From the NCBI RefSeq assembly GCF_018350175.1, contig NC_058368.1, positions 186,870,001 through 186,934,000 of the forward strand: 64,000 nucleotides of DNA, written 5' to 3'. Shown here piece after piece: positions 49,623 through 63,269 of this stretch. The DNA comes from Felis catus (lineage: Eukaryota). The translations under genes and the position numbers were made by a program. The notes beneath the pieces were generated by a model, which had not been told where the DNA came from, did no database searches, and was given only the letters and a program-made list of their open reading frames with translations. How positions within the stretch are numbered: the first letter of the stretch is position 1; each line of letters begins with the position of its first letter.

Positions 49623-49798
49623 GGGGTGCCTGGGTGGCTCAATTGGTTAAGTGTCCAACTCTTGATTTCAGCTCAGGTCATATCTCATGGTTCATGAGTT
49701 TCAGCCCCATTTCGGGCTCTGCACTGACAGTGCAGACAGAGCTTGCTTGGGATTCTCTCTCCCTCTTTCTCTGTTCCTCCCCCACTAGCGCTCATGCG

Positions 49799-49845
<47 letters not shown>

Positions 49846-49860
49846 AAACTTTAAAAAAAG
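49623..49860 (+). mobile_element. CanSINE with a long (CT)n tract
   Basis: ggggtgcctgggtggctcaattggttaag head, with TSD attacatt(g). Confidence 0.92.
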
Positions 49861-50140
49861 ATATTACATTGCATTAGGTCAATTCGAGAAGCATTAACGT
49901 CTTCGTAATATTTAGTTTCTAATTCATGGACATGGTATACCTCTCCATTTAATTATGTCTTTTTAAATGTCTTTGAATGAAGTTTTTACTTTTTCCCCCA
50001 TAATGGACTTTACATCTTTTCAGATTTATAACTTAAGTTTATTATCTCCAGGTAGTATCCAGGTAAGTGATAGATTTTTAAATTATGTTTTCTGTTTGTT
50101 GGAGATGTATAGAAATTTATTTGAAGTTTTATCAGTTTTT

Positions 50141-50360
50141 GATTAAAAAAATTTTTTTAAACATTTATTTATTTTTTAGAGACAGAGAGAAACAGCACAA
50201 GCCAGGGAGGGGCAGAGAGAGAGGGAGACACAGAATCCAAAGCGGGCTCCAGGCTCTGGGCTGTCAGCACAGAGCCCGAAACAGGGCTTGAACTCACAGA
50301 CAGAGATCACGACCTGAGATGAAACCTGTTGCTTAACCGACTGGGCCACCCAGGCGCTCC
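50141..50360 (-). mobile_element. Feliform CanSINE
   Basis: Antisense copy ending ...ccacccaggcgctcc, with degenerate TSD atca(g/t)ttttt. Confidence 0.92.
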
Positions 50361-51245
50361 ATCATTTTTTTTTTAATCCAGCAGAAGAACTGCAAAATGC
50401 TTTTATAAGTTCTAATAATATATCTGTATATTCTTTTGGGTTATGTAGATAATTTTATCATCTGCATATATCTTTGCCTTACTTCTAGAGCTTGAACTAC
50501 CAATATAATGTTGAACACAAAATTTTGCAGTATCTTTGTATTTTTCTCTAATCATAAAGCAGTGCTTTAAGTGTCTCATTATTATTAATAACGCTTGTTA
50601 TAAATATTTGTGTAGATGACCTTATCAAGTTAAAAAGTTCTTTTGTACTTTTAGTCATTGATTTTTTTTCTTATCTATGGAGGTTACATTTTATTGAACA
50701 TATTTTTAATAAGATAACAATGTCTTTTTCTCTTTAATATTTTTATTTGGTTAATTACATTTGATTGGATTTTAAATTTATTAAACCAATCTTATATCTT
50801 TGGCTTGACTTAACTGTTTAATGTTGTGTTATCTTGTTTTGTGCTCTGATGGATTCCATTACTAATATTTAGTTTAGGATGTTTGCATCAGTGTTTATGA
50901 GTGAAACTGAACTATAAGTTTCCTTTCTCTTATTTCCTCATCAGCTTTTGATATCAAGAATATATTAGGTTATATAAATGGAACTGGAGTTGTAGTCATT
51001 TTTTTTATTAACCTAGAGTTAGCTGCATGGGATGGGATCATCTGTTCCTTGGATAATTATTAGAACTTGCCTAGAAAATCACCTGAGTATTAGTGAGGGT
51101 TTTTTTTTTTTTTGAGGGAAGATTTTTTTACTACATCTGTAATTTATTTGGTGGTTACAGAACTAAACAAATATCCTCTTTATTTACTCAGTTTTACTAA
51201 ATAATCTTTTTCTAGCAATTTTTCCATTTTAAAATTATATTTTTA

Positions 51246-51486
51246 GGGCGCCTGGGTGGCTCAGTCAGTTGAGCATCTGACTTCAGCTCAGGTCATGATC
51301 TCGCGGTCCATGAGTTCAAGTCCCCCATCGGGCTCTATGCTAACAGCTCAGAGCCTGGAGCCTGGTTCAGATTCTGTGTCTCCCTCTCTGTGCCCCTCCC
51401 CAACTCATGCTCTGTCTCTCTCTCTCTCCCCCTGTCAAAAAATAAATAAATAAATAAATAAATAAATATACTTAAAAAAAATTTTA
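51246..51486 (+). mobile_element. Feliform CanSINE with (TAAA)n tail
   Basis: Full SINE with TSD aattatattttta. Confidence 0.92.
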
Positions 51487-53527
51487 ATTATATTTTTAAT
51501 ATCTGTAGCATTTAGAGTTATGTTCAGTTTCCTATTTTTTTATTTTGTGTATTTGTTCCTCTTCTCTCTCTGTTTGGAAGAGTCCAAGCAGAAATGTGTC
51601 AATTTTTTTAATTTCCCAAACAACAAAACTTTAGCTTTGTAGGTTATCTCTAGTGTGTCTTTCTATTTCACAACATTTTGCTCCCTCTATATTATTAATG
51701 TTGATATCAAATTTCTTTGTGTTTATTTTTTATTCTTTTTCTAATATTTTAGTTAGATTGTTATTTATTGATATTTGGCTTTCCTTTTTTCAAAAGTAAA
51801 CATTCATTTGTGCCAATTAATTACCTGTACCCTATAGGTTTTGATATGTAGTACTATTATTATAGCTAAATTATAAGTATATTCTATTTCCTTTAAGATT
51901 TCTTTTGTGACCCATCCATTGTTGAGAAGTATATATATTTTGCCCTTAATTTCTAATCATAAGGGATTGTTCTTGTTTTTCTTCTTACTACTGATTTCTT
52001 AATAAGTGGAATTATGTTCACATAATGTGATATGGATGATGCCAATTCTTTGAAGTTAGTTGAGACTTAACTTATGGCATAGCATATATTTATTTTAAAT
52101 GTTCATTATGTGCTTGAGAAAAAAATACATATTCTCAAATTTGGGGTACAATTATCCATCATACAAACATTATTTTTGCTATTAAATCTTCAATATCCTT
52201 TCTGACTTTTTTGTCTGCTCAGTATATCAAGTACTCAGAATGGAGTGCATGAAGTCCTAATTGTAGTTGGGATTGCTATCATCTTTTTCACTTTTAAGTT
52301 CATTGTGATATCTTCAACATCAATATTGTTTTCATCAAAAGCATTAGTGACTCAAGATTATTCTGAATTTCCCTCATTGCCTTGCATAATTGCACTGGCT
52401 ATAAGCATATGGATGAAACATTCTCTTAATGAACAATTTGTGTTCCTTGTTGCAAGTGAAATTATCTTCATTTCAGATAAGGGCAAAAGAAATAAAAATC
52501 TCAATATCCAGGAATTAGGGGGTTCTTTTGTTACATAAGAACTGAAATTGAGTATCGCCCCTTGTTTTTGAATGAAACATTTGAATGTATAAACAGGTCA
52601 TTGAATTGATTTGTGAACGCCTGTGGTTTTCTTTTTGTGTTTGTAATTATTACGGGGGGTAGGGGGGCAAAAAGCAATCGAAATTTCTAAGATAGCAAGG
52701 AAAGTTTATAAAAACAGAAGTCTTTCTTCACCTATTGCAGCTGGTTGTAGTATTACCATGCTATTTTATGATTGGAATTATGAGCTCCTTCATTCTCTCA
52801 CTTTGATTTAATGTAGCACAAACAGCACAATGTTTGTGAAGGCACACAAGTATAAAATTCTCTACTTACTCATGTATGTAAGTGTTCTGTTCCTTGGGCT
52901 TGCTTGGAACCCAAGGGTGAAAACATAATATTGGTCAGTGAAGAAAACAGATATTTTGTTGATTTATCTGTCCATATCTGTGGCAAATCCCTTTAAGAGG
53001 GAAAAAGAAATTTTGCTCACTCTAAAAACTCTTCTAATAAAACTTACATTGTAGGAAAGCCTTCCATGTTTATTTCTCTGCTTCCTGTTTTATGTAGTCT
53101 AGTTTGAGATAAGTCATCCAGTGCAGAGAAAGGAAATTTTCCTAAACCTCATCTGAGAACTTTTTTCATGACAAAAAATCTAACCCTTCCTAAAAAACTA
53201 GATTTATTGATAAAATTCTTGAACAATGATCTAATTAATAACTGCCTAAGGGAAGTGAAAGCTACTCACTCCCTCTGTACTACAGTCTCAAACCAGATCT
53301 TTAAATATACAATGATGTCATGCAATCAGACTTGTGATTTGCATAATAATCTTTAACTGGACATTCCTTTACATTATTTTCTATATGTGACCATCAAGAG
53401 AAAAATATTTGAGTTCGTTTTATCTGGAGTCGCTTCCCTTGAGACTAGATAGACACAAGTCTTCTTCACATGTTTGTAATCTGTTTGTAGTCTGTTTATG
53501 TTTGTCTATGAAGTTAACAGGATTTCT

Positions 53528-53729
53528 TTTTTTTTTTAATATTTATATATTTTTAAGAGAGAGAGCACAAGCAGGGGAGGGGCAGAGAGAGAGGGAGGCA
53601 CAAAACCTGAAGCAGGCTCCAGGCTTTGAGCTGTCAGCACAGAGCCAGACACAGGGCTCATGAACTGTGAGATCATGACCTGAGCCAGTCAGATGGATGC
53701 CTAACTAACTGAGCCACCCAGGCATCCCT
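53528..53729 (-). mobile_element. Feliform CanSINE
   Basis: Antisense copy. TSD acagg(a/g)tttct at 53517-53527 and 53730-53740. Confidence 0.92.
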
Positions 53730-54914
53730 ACAGGGTTTCTGAAGAGGGACACATTACATATATCTGAACAAATAGAAGACCTTCAAGGATATACAGTTAA
53801 GAGGCTGGACCTTAAAGATGAGTAAGACTTTGACATGCATAATTGAGAATGTTAATTCCAAAAAGGATAAAACTCCAGTACTGAACAAAAACTTAAATTT
53901 TTATTTTATAATTTTCATACTTTTTTTTCTTGCCCCACCCCTTCTATTTCAAGTAAAATAAAACACTTTAATAGATTGTCTGAATTTCCTGTCTAAATTC
54001 ATGGGAGAAAACACCAATTTTAAATTATTCAAATAAGCCTGATAAGCTAAGTACATATTTAGTTATTTTAAAGCATATAATTTTTCTGTTTAAATGCATA
54101 TGTTAATATACTACTTTGCTGAGAGATTGTAATTACTGATTCAATCAATACATTAATTACAAAGACAAGTATCCCAATAATCCTGTGTTAAATGTTTACT
54201 TATTATATTGAAGCTCCAAATCTCATTCTTTCAATATTTTAATGAAGTATTAGATGTGTTTAGTATTTATTAGAAACAGTCATTTCAAGGTTAAATTTTA
54301 GAAACAGAAAAGGTGTTTTTCTAGATATTCAAAAACCCATAAGCTAAAGGAATTAATGGGGACTGTCTTTAATAATACACTTCATATGAAAAGGACTCTA
54401 AAATCAGATCTCTAAACACATAGTTGGTGTGTTCTCTTTCCAATAAGTACAAATTTCCTATAGTGAAACATAGGAGAAAGGTGATATAGTAGGTGCAAAA
54501 ATATGCAAACAGCTCACTATTCCAAAGTGTTTTTGCCTCTCTCCTCTGTGGAAAACTTAAAGCCTTAAAAACAATTCAGCTGAGACAGGTACTAAGTTAC
54601 ACAATCATCCTTTTTTTCTTTTCTTACAAAATGGTCTCTAACATTGGTGGGCTGTTTTTGCTATGATTGGACAATCCAAATAGGAGAGGGGTTCTAGTTA
54701 CCAAATACACAATCTGGCTCCAGCCCATTGAACTACAAGCCACAAAGCTGTTTTACTAAAGCTGACTTTTTGTTCAGGGGCCGTTATTTTGGAAGCATTT
54801 TCTTGGCACCCAATGCATATCTGAACATGCAAGTCCAAATATGCTAACAGATGTCTCTAAAGCAAGAGCATTATAAAACCAGATTTCACTTTAGTTAGGA
54901 ATATTTTTTGCATC

Positions 54915-55568
54915 CTATTTTAAATAAGCTTTTAATTTTACAGTAGTTTTAGATTTACAGAAAATTGCAAAAATAGTACAGAGAGTATCCATATACTCTA
55001 CACCTAGTTGCCCCATTATAAACATCTTACATTAATTAGTATGTTATATCTGTTACAACTGATGAACCAATATTGATATGTTGGGGATAGAATTATCTAA
55101 ATAAATTTGCTGAAATTCTTCTGGCAAGATTTGTCTCTTAACCTTCAGTTATTTATTTATCTAAGCATTTATTTACTTATTTATCACTTAAATCATTATT
55201 TATGGACTCATGGATATTTACTTTCAGTTATATATCAAATACTTATTTATTCTGTTATTGAAATTGTTCTGGATTTGGCTATTAGGGGTCCTTTCAGTTG
55301 GTTCCTATGTCCCTTTGACATAATCCCATCATTGTGGGATTGTTTGGGTTTTTTTGTTTGTTTGTTTTTAGCACTAACTTTCTGGCACAAAACGCTCTAG
55401 GCCCATCTTGTATATTTCCTGTCACAATTCTAAAATCAGCCATTTCTCCATGGAGCTCCCATTTCTTTTTAGCATTATGTATTCTGGTTTCTATGGGGGT
55501 TCCTTGCATGCAGGCCCTCTCAGCTGACTCAACAAGGAAATATAAGTGTGTGTAATAATATATATGTA

Positions 55569-55616
<48 letters not shown>

Positions 55617-56290
55617 TATTTATGAGTATTTCTATATGTTACCACTGGTACCTATATTAAGCTAAACGTGAGTTCATACTTATGTCTCCAACTATAATCC
55701 ATTACCACATGGATTATTTTAGCCTTTCTACCTTGCTTATCTCTAACTTCCTACGCTAATAGTGAGAAACCTGGCTCCCACCACCAACCATCCATTTATT
55801 TAGTTGTTCAGTTCAGTTTCAGTATACATGTAAAGTGGTTTCAGGATTGTTAAACCATACTCCCCTGGAAAACAACCTTATCATCTAGAATACAGTGCTT
55901 ATGTACAGTTTCTTTTACCTTTAATCTTACAGATTCTACTCATTTCAGTTTCTTTTACCTTTAATCATATAGATTCTACTCATTTCCAAAGTTAGTTAGA
56001 CCAGCATTTTTTGCCTTCACCCCCTTAAGTAAGCTTATTTCATACACTGGTAACAGTGAAATTATTTTGTCATATTCTGTATCCGATCCTGAGATCCCCC
56101 AATCTTCTAAATTGTGTATAATTTTCATATATTAAGGTTCACTTTTTGTGCTATAAAGATTTATGCTCTTAAACAAATTCATAGTGCCATGCATCCACTC
56201 TTACAATATCACACAGAATACACCCCAAAAATATCTCTTGTACTTCACTTCTTGATTATCCCCTTCCCTGATTTTTTTCAACATTCTAGT
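54915..56290 (-). mobile_element. Ancient L1 3'UTR (L1MC/MD-like), containing a microsatellite and a 40-bp tandem duplication
   Basis: agttttagatttacagaaaattgcaaaaatagtacagagag...gaaccaatattgata...gtgagaaacctggctcccacca. Confidence 0.8.
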
Positions 56291-57333
56291 TAAAAAGCAA
56301 TTTTATGTGCAAAAGGCATTTCTCAAACTAATATAATTTTCAGAAGAGACTGAAAATACGGTTCCCTTTCTCTGAAAAGCAAGGGTCTGAGTAGGACATT
56401 TTCCAAGAACTCTACAGTTGGAAGAAAGGGAAGAGCAGAAGTAAAACATGAGAGCACCTACAATAAATATCACTCATTTAATCATTTGTCTTAATTTGTC
56501 TTCATAATTTGCTTTCAATTTTATTCATTTAATAAAGTTTACTGAGCACCTATCATGAGGGAGATACCATGTTAGACACAGGGGAATCTAACCATATCTA
56601 ATGCACATTCCCTGGTTTTAAGGATTTCAGCTCATAGCTCTTTATCCTCAGATTTTCATTATTTTTCTGGGACATTCAAAGAACGGAGAAGAGAGATTCA
56701 TAGCAGTGAAGGTATGTATAAATTTAAATGCTGACTCCCACTAGTATTTATTAAATCATTGTCTGTATGATCTTGGACAAATGACTTACCATGTTTGGTT
56801 GTTGTTTTGCTTTTGTTGTTTGTTTCCTCATCTACAGAATGAGATAAAAACACTCACCTCATAGAATTGTTGGAAGAGACTACATGCGCTTGTGACCTGA
56901 AGAGTTTCTGGCACAGTATAACTCCTCAGTATGATATCCCAATCCCCACTATTTTACAATGGAATAGAACCCATTTACAGTTCTTAGAAAAAGCAACACC
57001 TGTTTTGTTTTCCTTTTTCCCTCTTTATCAGATTTGAATTGTCAAAAGGGTGGAAAGATTGCCCTGTGAGACACAAGCCTCTCTCTAAGTAATCATGAGG
57101 GTCACTTTTTAAAACCAAGCTGCTTGTCCCCAACCCAGATCCACTGCACCAGAATTTCCAGTGGGAGGAACCAGGGTTGGAGGACTTGATGTGCTGTATT
57201 AACAAGCATAGAATGTAATTCTTATCACAGAAGGTAGGGAAACACTGGCAGTACCTAGCTAAATTATCTTCATTGTTGAGAGGAGCTATGCCCAGGACCC
57301 CATGAAAGGAAACAGTAAAGAAGTGTGATTAGT

Positions 57334-57552
57334 GGGGCGCCTGGGTGGCTTAGTCGGTTAAGTTCTGACTTCAGCTCAGGTCATGATCTTGTGGTTTGTG
57401 AGTTCAAGCCCCATGTAGGGCTCTTTGCTGACAGCTGGGAGCCTGGAGCCTGCTTCGGATTCTGTGTCTCCCTCTCTCTTTGCCCTTCCCATGCTTATGC
57501 TCTGTCTCTCTCTGTCTCTCAATAATAAATAAACGTTAAGAACGAATTTTGT
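57334..57552 (+). mobile_element. Feliform CanSINE
   Basis: Perfect 17-bp TSD taaagaagtgtgattag at 57316-57332 and 57553-57569. Confidence 0.94.
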
Positions 57553-59084
57553 TAAAGAAGTGTGATTAGCAATAATGACAATAAAAACATAATGCTCTTG
57601 ATGATGGTGACAGTAATATTCACTGAGTACGCCATTGTACTCTGAGCTGATCCCTTTACAAACATCATTCAACTGTATCCTTACAACATCTGTATGAAGT
57701 AGACACTGATACTTTTCTCAATATATAGATGATAAAATGATCCTTAGACAAATTCATTAATTCATCAAAGGCCATCACTAGTGAATAGTCAAAACGTGTT
57801 TTACCTGACTTCAGAGCTATTTCTCTCAACCACCACCACCACAACAACAACTAATAATTATGGACAAAAGTTGAAGACTGAAGACTTGGGTGGCAGGCCA
57901 AGCTCTACATGCTCCACTAGATTACAAATAGTCAAGCATTTGATAATAGAATCATTTTAAGTCAGTCACTTCCCACACCTCAGTTTCTCTATGTGTAAAA
58001 TGAATGAGAGTTCTAACATTCTGTGTTTCCCACACTTGGCCTGCCCTCCCCCCATTTTTTTTTATTTCAGCTATCATTTGTGAAGTGGTTTTCTATTAGA
58101 TAAAAAATGACTCTGTAATCTTCACTTGATTTTCACAACACAAACTTTCCAAATAAATCGTTTAAATATCCTTCCAATAGGAAAAAGGAATTCTGACTCT
58201 AAAGATACACAAACTTAGACCAAATAAGATTTTAAAAACAAGCTACTGTGTCCCTTTCTGCTCAAATTTTATAGCAACTATATTTAGTAAACACTAAATA
58301 TACAAGTATTACAGAATTCTCTCTTCAACCAAAGCAAACACTTATTGAGGAAAGGCTACAGTGGAAATAGAGACAGGCCATGTCTTTACATGGCTTATCC
58401 TTCAGGAAACCAATAAGGTAGTCATGTCAAATGTGAAAGGATAGACAGTGCTCTGGGAGAAATGGGACTCTGTGTTTCTGGAAAGATTTGCAGACTTCTG
58501 GAAAGAAAAGCTGCATTGATGTTGACCGCAAAATATATAGAGGAATTTTGATCTATGGGGATATATCTATCATATGGGAGGACAGTCCACAGAATATCAT
58601 AAGCCAAGGCATGGAAGTGAGGACACACATATAATGTAAAGTAGTAGTCTCAGGGTGGTTAGACACCAATAAGTCTGGGAGTAGGAAAGGCAGCTTGGGG
58701 TGAATTGAAATTTTGTTCTGAATATGATGCAGGGTAGTGATTTTGTTGCTGCAGTTTTAGCAAAGAAGTGACAAATTCCAGGCTGTGTTTCAGAAAACCT
58801 AAGTATGGCAGCAGTGTATATAGAGGATAGCTTTGACTGGGGACTAACTGGAGATAGTTACACTACTTAAGAAGTTGTTACTGAAGGCCTGGGAGAGGGC
58901 ACAGAGGAGGGAAGGGAAAGATGAAGTCACGGGAGGGTCAAGGGTAGGCTACCCAGCTGGCTTCCTCCCTCAGAGGAAAAAGGGCCAGTTCTGAAATCTC
59001 AGAGTCTGTATCAAATAATGCTGCAGCATTTCATTACTCCAGCCTCTTTTCCCAGTAACTACTCAATAAATAAACATTTCTTTA

Positions 59085-59305
59085 GTGGAAAGAGGATGAA
59101 ATTTCAATCCATCAAACTCGGGTTTATATCATAGTTCACACATTTATAGTTATGTGAACCTGGGCAAGTCACATAATCCCTCTGAGACTTTGTTTTCTAT
59201 TTTAATGTTTCATTATTATTTTAGCGGACTTTCTTTAGGAAGAAAATGATTTACAGTGTGTGGCATATAGTAAGTATTCAATAAAGGGCCATTGTTGTTG
59301 TTATC
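59085..59305 (+). mobile_element. MIR
   Basis: agttatgtgaacctgggcaagtcacataatccctctgagac...acagtgtgtggcatatagtaagtattcaataaa. Confidence 0.75.
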
Positions 59306-60112
59306 TGTATCACAGGTTTTCCCTTCGAATGTAATGGGTGGTAGAGACCTTGGAGGACAATATAAAGAAATTTGTCCATGGTACAATTCCATCCTATGTC
59401 CTTTTACTTCAACTTAAATGAAACAAAACCATTTTTTGCTTTCCTACTTATACATATTTACATTATATTTTCCAAATATCCTGTTAGTGAGAAATCAATT
59501 TTTCATAGCTTACTTGTATTCTTTTCCAAATGAGAGAATACTTTTAGAGACATTTGGATAAGAGTTAAAATAAAATGAAACATGTTCTGCTTACTTCAAG
59601 GTTTGATTCACCATGACAACCAATACTTTCTATTATACATCAGCAGACTCCTTCTAACCTCCATTTGCCATTATACTTCTTGAAAAAAAAAACTTGATAA
59701 CACAGCACCATACATTTTTAATAGCTACATTTTAAACAAAATTCAGCTCCTGAGACACTGCTTGCCCCTTTCTTCCACAAGCAAGAACAAAGCTCTCAGA
59801 AATAGTAACAAAAGTGTGGCATTTATTAAATGCTTGGTATGTGCTCTGAATTTTGCTGTAGTGTTATGTGACTATTTCATTTAATTATCAAGAAAATCTT
59901 AACAATAAGCAGGTAACAAATGTTAATGGCTAGCAATATTATTGTTGCTACTCTTTGTGGCCTTTTAACTACTGACAATAGCCCAGTTTTTAGAGTTTTC
60001 TCTTTTCCTGAACACCTATTTTTCTAAGAAATTTCTTTTTATTCTTCATCTCTGCCTCTTTTCTTTGCCCAACCTTAAAGATGTAGAGAAGCCAGGCCAA
60101 GATCTTTTCATC

Positions 60113-60490
60113 TGTTATGGACTGAGTTAAGTCGTCCCTCAAAGGACTTATGTTGAACTATTAACCTCCAATGTGCCTATATTTAGAGGCAGGGCCATTA
60201 AAGAGCTGATCAAGATTAAATGAGGTCATACAACTGAGCCCTCATCTGACATGTCTGGTGTCCCTATAAGAAGAGACATCAGGGATGTACCTGCATAGAG
60301 GAAAGGCCAAATGGAGACACAGCAAGAAAATGGCCATCTGTAAGCCAAGGAGGGGTGCCTCAGAAGAACCAAACCTGCTGAACCCTTGATCTTGGATGTC
60401 TAGCCTCCAGAACTGTGAGAAAATAAATCATTAAGCTACCCCATCTGTAGTACCCCATCTTTTATGGCAGCCCTAGGAAATAAATTTACC
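60113..60490 (+). mobile_element. MaLR solo LTR (MLT1A/B-like), near complete
   Basis: tgttatggactgag...ttaaatgaggtcata...ctggtgtccctataagaagaga...tagcctccagaactgtgagaaaataaat...ttatggcagcccta. Confidence 0.88.
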
Positions 60491-61243
60491 ATGTCACCAT
60501 AGGACTTTTCAATCTTACTTTACTTCTAAAAATCTTCAAATTCAAACACACTGGCTACAAAGTAATTTTAAATGAATTTATGTCATTTTTCTATTTTTAT
60601 TCAGTTTCAAAATACTTTCTAATTTTCATTGTGATTTCTTTGACCAAGAGTCTCTTAAGTAGTATGCTTCTTAATCTCTGGGCATTTGGGAATAATCTAG
60701 TTATTTTTCTGTTGTTGATTTCTATAATCCTACTATGGTAAGAGAACATACACTGTGTAACTTCAATATTTTGAAATGTATTGTTTTTAGCCTAATGAAG
60801 CTCTATTTTTGTAATTGACCCATATGTACTAAAAAAGAATTTATATTCTATACTTGTTGAGTGTTATTTTTTATAAACATTAATTATATATTCTAACTGA
60901 TTTTTTGTCTGCTTTTTTATCAGTTGCTAAAAGTGGTATGCTAAAACTTCCAAGTAAAATTATGTATTTACCTATTTCTCCTCTTCTATCAACATTTGTG
61001 TTATATATTTTACAGCCATATTAAGTGCATAGAAAACATGCATAATTATATCTGCCTGTTTAATTAAGTCTTTATTATTAAATATTCTTTTTTATGTTTA
61101 ATAATACCTCTAGCCTTAAAATTATGTTTATCTGATAATAACATAGTCACACACAATTTCTTTGGTTAGTGTTTGCATGGTATATCTTTTCTACATGTTT
61201 AATGTCAAGCATTCAATGAGCTTATATTTAGAATGTGGCTCCT

Positions 61244-61280
61244 GGCTCCATAGATCAGGGGTTAGAGCACTGATCTTGTA
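61244..61280 (+). pseudogene. Tailless retropseudogene: 5' half of tRNA-Thr(TGT), ending at the anticodon
   Basis: GGCTCCATAGATCAGGGGTTAGAGCACTGATCTTGTA matches the recalled mammalian tRNA-Thr-TGT 5' half at 35/37 positions. Flanked by tagaatgtg(g/a)ctcct at 61229-61243 and 61279-61293. No poly(A). Confidence 0.88.
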
Positions 61281-62255
61281 GAATGTGACTCCTGTATACA
61301 GATATACTTGTTGGTTTTGTGTCTTTGTTTTTTTTGTTGTTGTTTTTTTTTTATTTTAGTAAGTCAACAATCTTTTGTCTTTTACTTGGAATGCTAAATC
61401 CATTTACATATAATTTATTTTCTTTTATTCATTTTTTTCTCTTCCATTTGTTGTTTATCCTTTTTGTTTTACATTCTTTTTTATTAATTGTTTTTTAATG
61501 ATTTCATATTATTTTAAAAATCCATATTATTTTATCTCTTCTATTAGCTTTTTTGGTTATACTGTTTTGCCTTATTATGTTAGTGGTCACCCTAGAGATT
61601 ACAATAGGTGTCCTGAACATAAATATTCAAACTTAAATCATTAGTACTTCTCAAATATTGTGAAAACCTTACCACAGTTCAATTTTGTTAACCCCTTTTC
61701 AACCTCTGAGCTATTATTTGTATGTATTTTACTTCTACATGGTATAAACTCCACAACACAATTATTATTGTTGCTAAAAATCATCAATATTCATTTAAAT
61801 TTATCTTTTCTGGTTCTTTTAATTCTTTCAGAGTTTTGTGCTTCCTTTAGGATAATTTCCCTTCATCCTGATGCATTTCCTTTAGTATCTCACGTAGTGC
61901 CATGAGCTAGTAACAAATTCTCTCAGCTTTTGTTTTTTAGAAATATCTCTTAATTTTGCATTCATTTTTGAAGGGCTTTTTGGTAAAGTTTTTTTTTCTT
62001 TATGCAGTGTAAACTAAATCTGTCTTTTATGGCTTCCATAGTCCTCATTATGAAATTACTATTGTTTTGTTTTGCTTTGCTTTGTTTTTGTCTCGTGTTC
62101 CTTTGTCTTTGGTTTTAAGCATTCAAATGTTTTGTACCAAGGTGTGATTTATTTCATCTTATTTGAAATTTGCTTTTTGAATGTGTAGATTGAAGTCCCC
62201 AACGGGTTGTGGAGATTCTTCAGTCATTATCTTTTCACATATTGCTTCTAAATAT

Positions 62256-62450
62256 ATATATATTTAATGTTTATTTGTTTTTGAGAGAGAGACAGAGCAC
62301 TGGCAGGGGAGGGGCAGAGAGAGAGGGAGACACAGAATCTGAAGCAGGCTTCAAACTCTGAGCTGTCAGCACAGCTGACTCAAACTCACAGTGAGATCAT
62401 GACCTGAGCCAAAGTCAGACACTTAACCGACTGAGCCACCCAGGTGTCCC
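62256..62450 (-). mobile_element. Feliform CanSINE with internal deletion
   Basis: Antisense copy. TSD core tattgcttctaaatat at 62240-62255 and 62456-62471. Confidence 0.92.
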
Positions 62451-63269
62451 TCATGTATTGCTTCTAAATATTTATTTCTCTCTGCTCATTTTTCTAGGAC
62501 TCAGACATAAGTGTTAAAAGTTAAACTTGTCCCAAGTGTCTCCTGTGCTCTGTTCACCATTTTTATCTCCAAGCTTCAGTTATATATTATCTATTGGCCT
62601 GTTCTGAGTTTACTAATAGGAAACTAAAAGTCTTCTGGTGCTTACCACCTGCTGTTTAACCCATCCAATGAATTCTTAGTTTCAAGTGTATGTTTTCATT
62701 CTAGAATATCTACTTTTTTATATATTGAAATGTCTGTTGAATGTTTTTTTTCTCTTTTGATTTACATTATCCATATTCTATTTGACTTATTGATCATAGT
62801 TACTTTACTTGTCTGCCTTCTCCAACCTCTGGCTTTATCTAAGGTGCTGCTTCTGTTAGTACCTTTCTCTCTCAATTTTCTGTCACTTTCTCCTAACAGT
62901 TCAGGTGTCTAGTAATTTTTTACTGCAAACAAGATATTTCATATAAAAGAGTTATAGAACACTGAGATTGCTGTTATTTCATTTCCAAAGACTGATTTTC
63001 TTTTCCTCTTTTAGGTACAGATTGAAGGGCTGATTACCTCAAATAAATTAAGAATTGAGCAAGGCCAGGACTGGGTATAGCTTTAGTTACATTCAGGGTC
63101 TAATTTAATGCTTCATGAGTGAGAACCATTTTGTGCTCATTCTAGATACCTCCTGTTAGTGGAATTTTGTCTGCTATGCATTGCAAAATATCCAAGACTG
63201 TATTATTTCTTTTTTCCCCAAGTTTTCTGGATCCCCATATCACTGCAGCCTACTACAAATGTCCTGTTG

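Larger units (their letters stand above)
47830..52270 (-). mobile_element. Long ancient L1 (L1ME-like; 3'UTR and much of ORF2) carrying four SINE insertions
   Basis: T-rich antisense L1 motifs throughout (ttcttgagatttatccatgttg, ttgttgggattttgattagaattac, tttagtttaggatgtttgcatc, gtgcttgagaa). Confidence 0.8.
60580..63000 (-). mobile_element. Ancient L1 (ORF2 5' part, inter-ORF and ORF1 region) carrying a tRNA-half and a SINE insertion
   Basis: T-rich antisense L1 motifs (tatggtaagagaacatac, ggttagtgtttgcatggtatatctttt, agtaacaaattctctcagcttttg). Confidence 0.7.

Noticed and set aside
52245..52538. 97-aa hydrophobic ORF and an acidic peptide on the opposite strand
   Set aside because: AT-rich sequence adjoining an old L1, with no recognisable motif or splice structure.
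61244..61280. Functional tRNA-Thr gene
   Set aside because: The 3' half, including the T arm and B box, is absent, and the TSD indicates a retrocopy.
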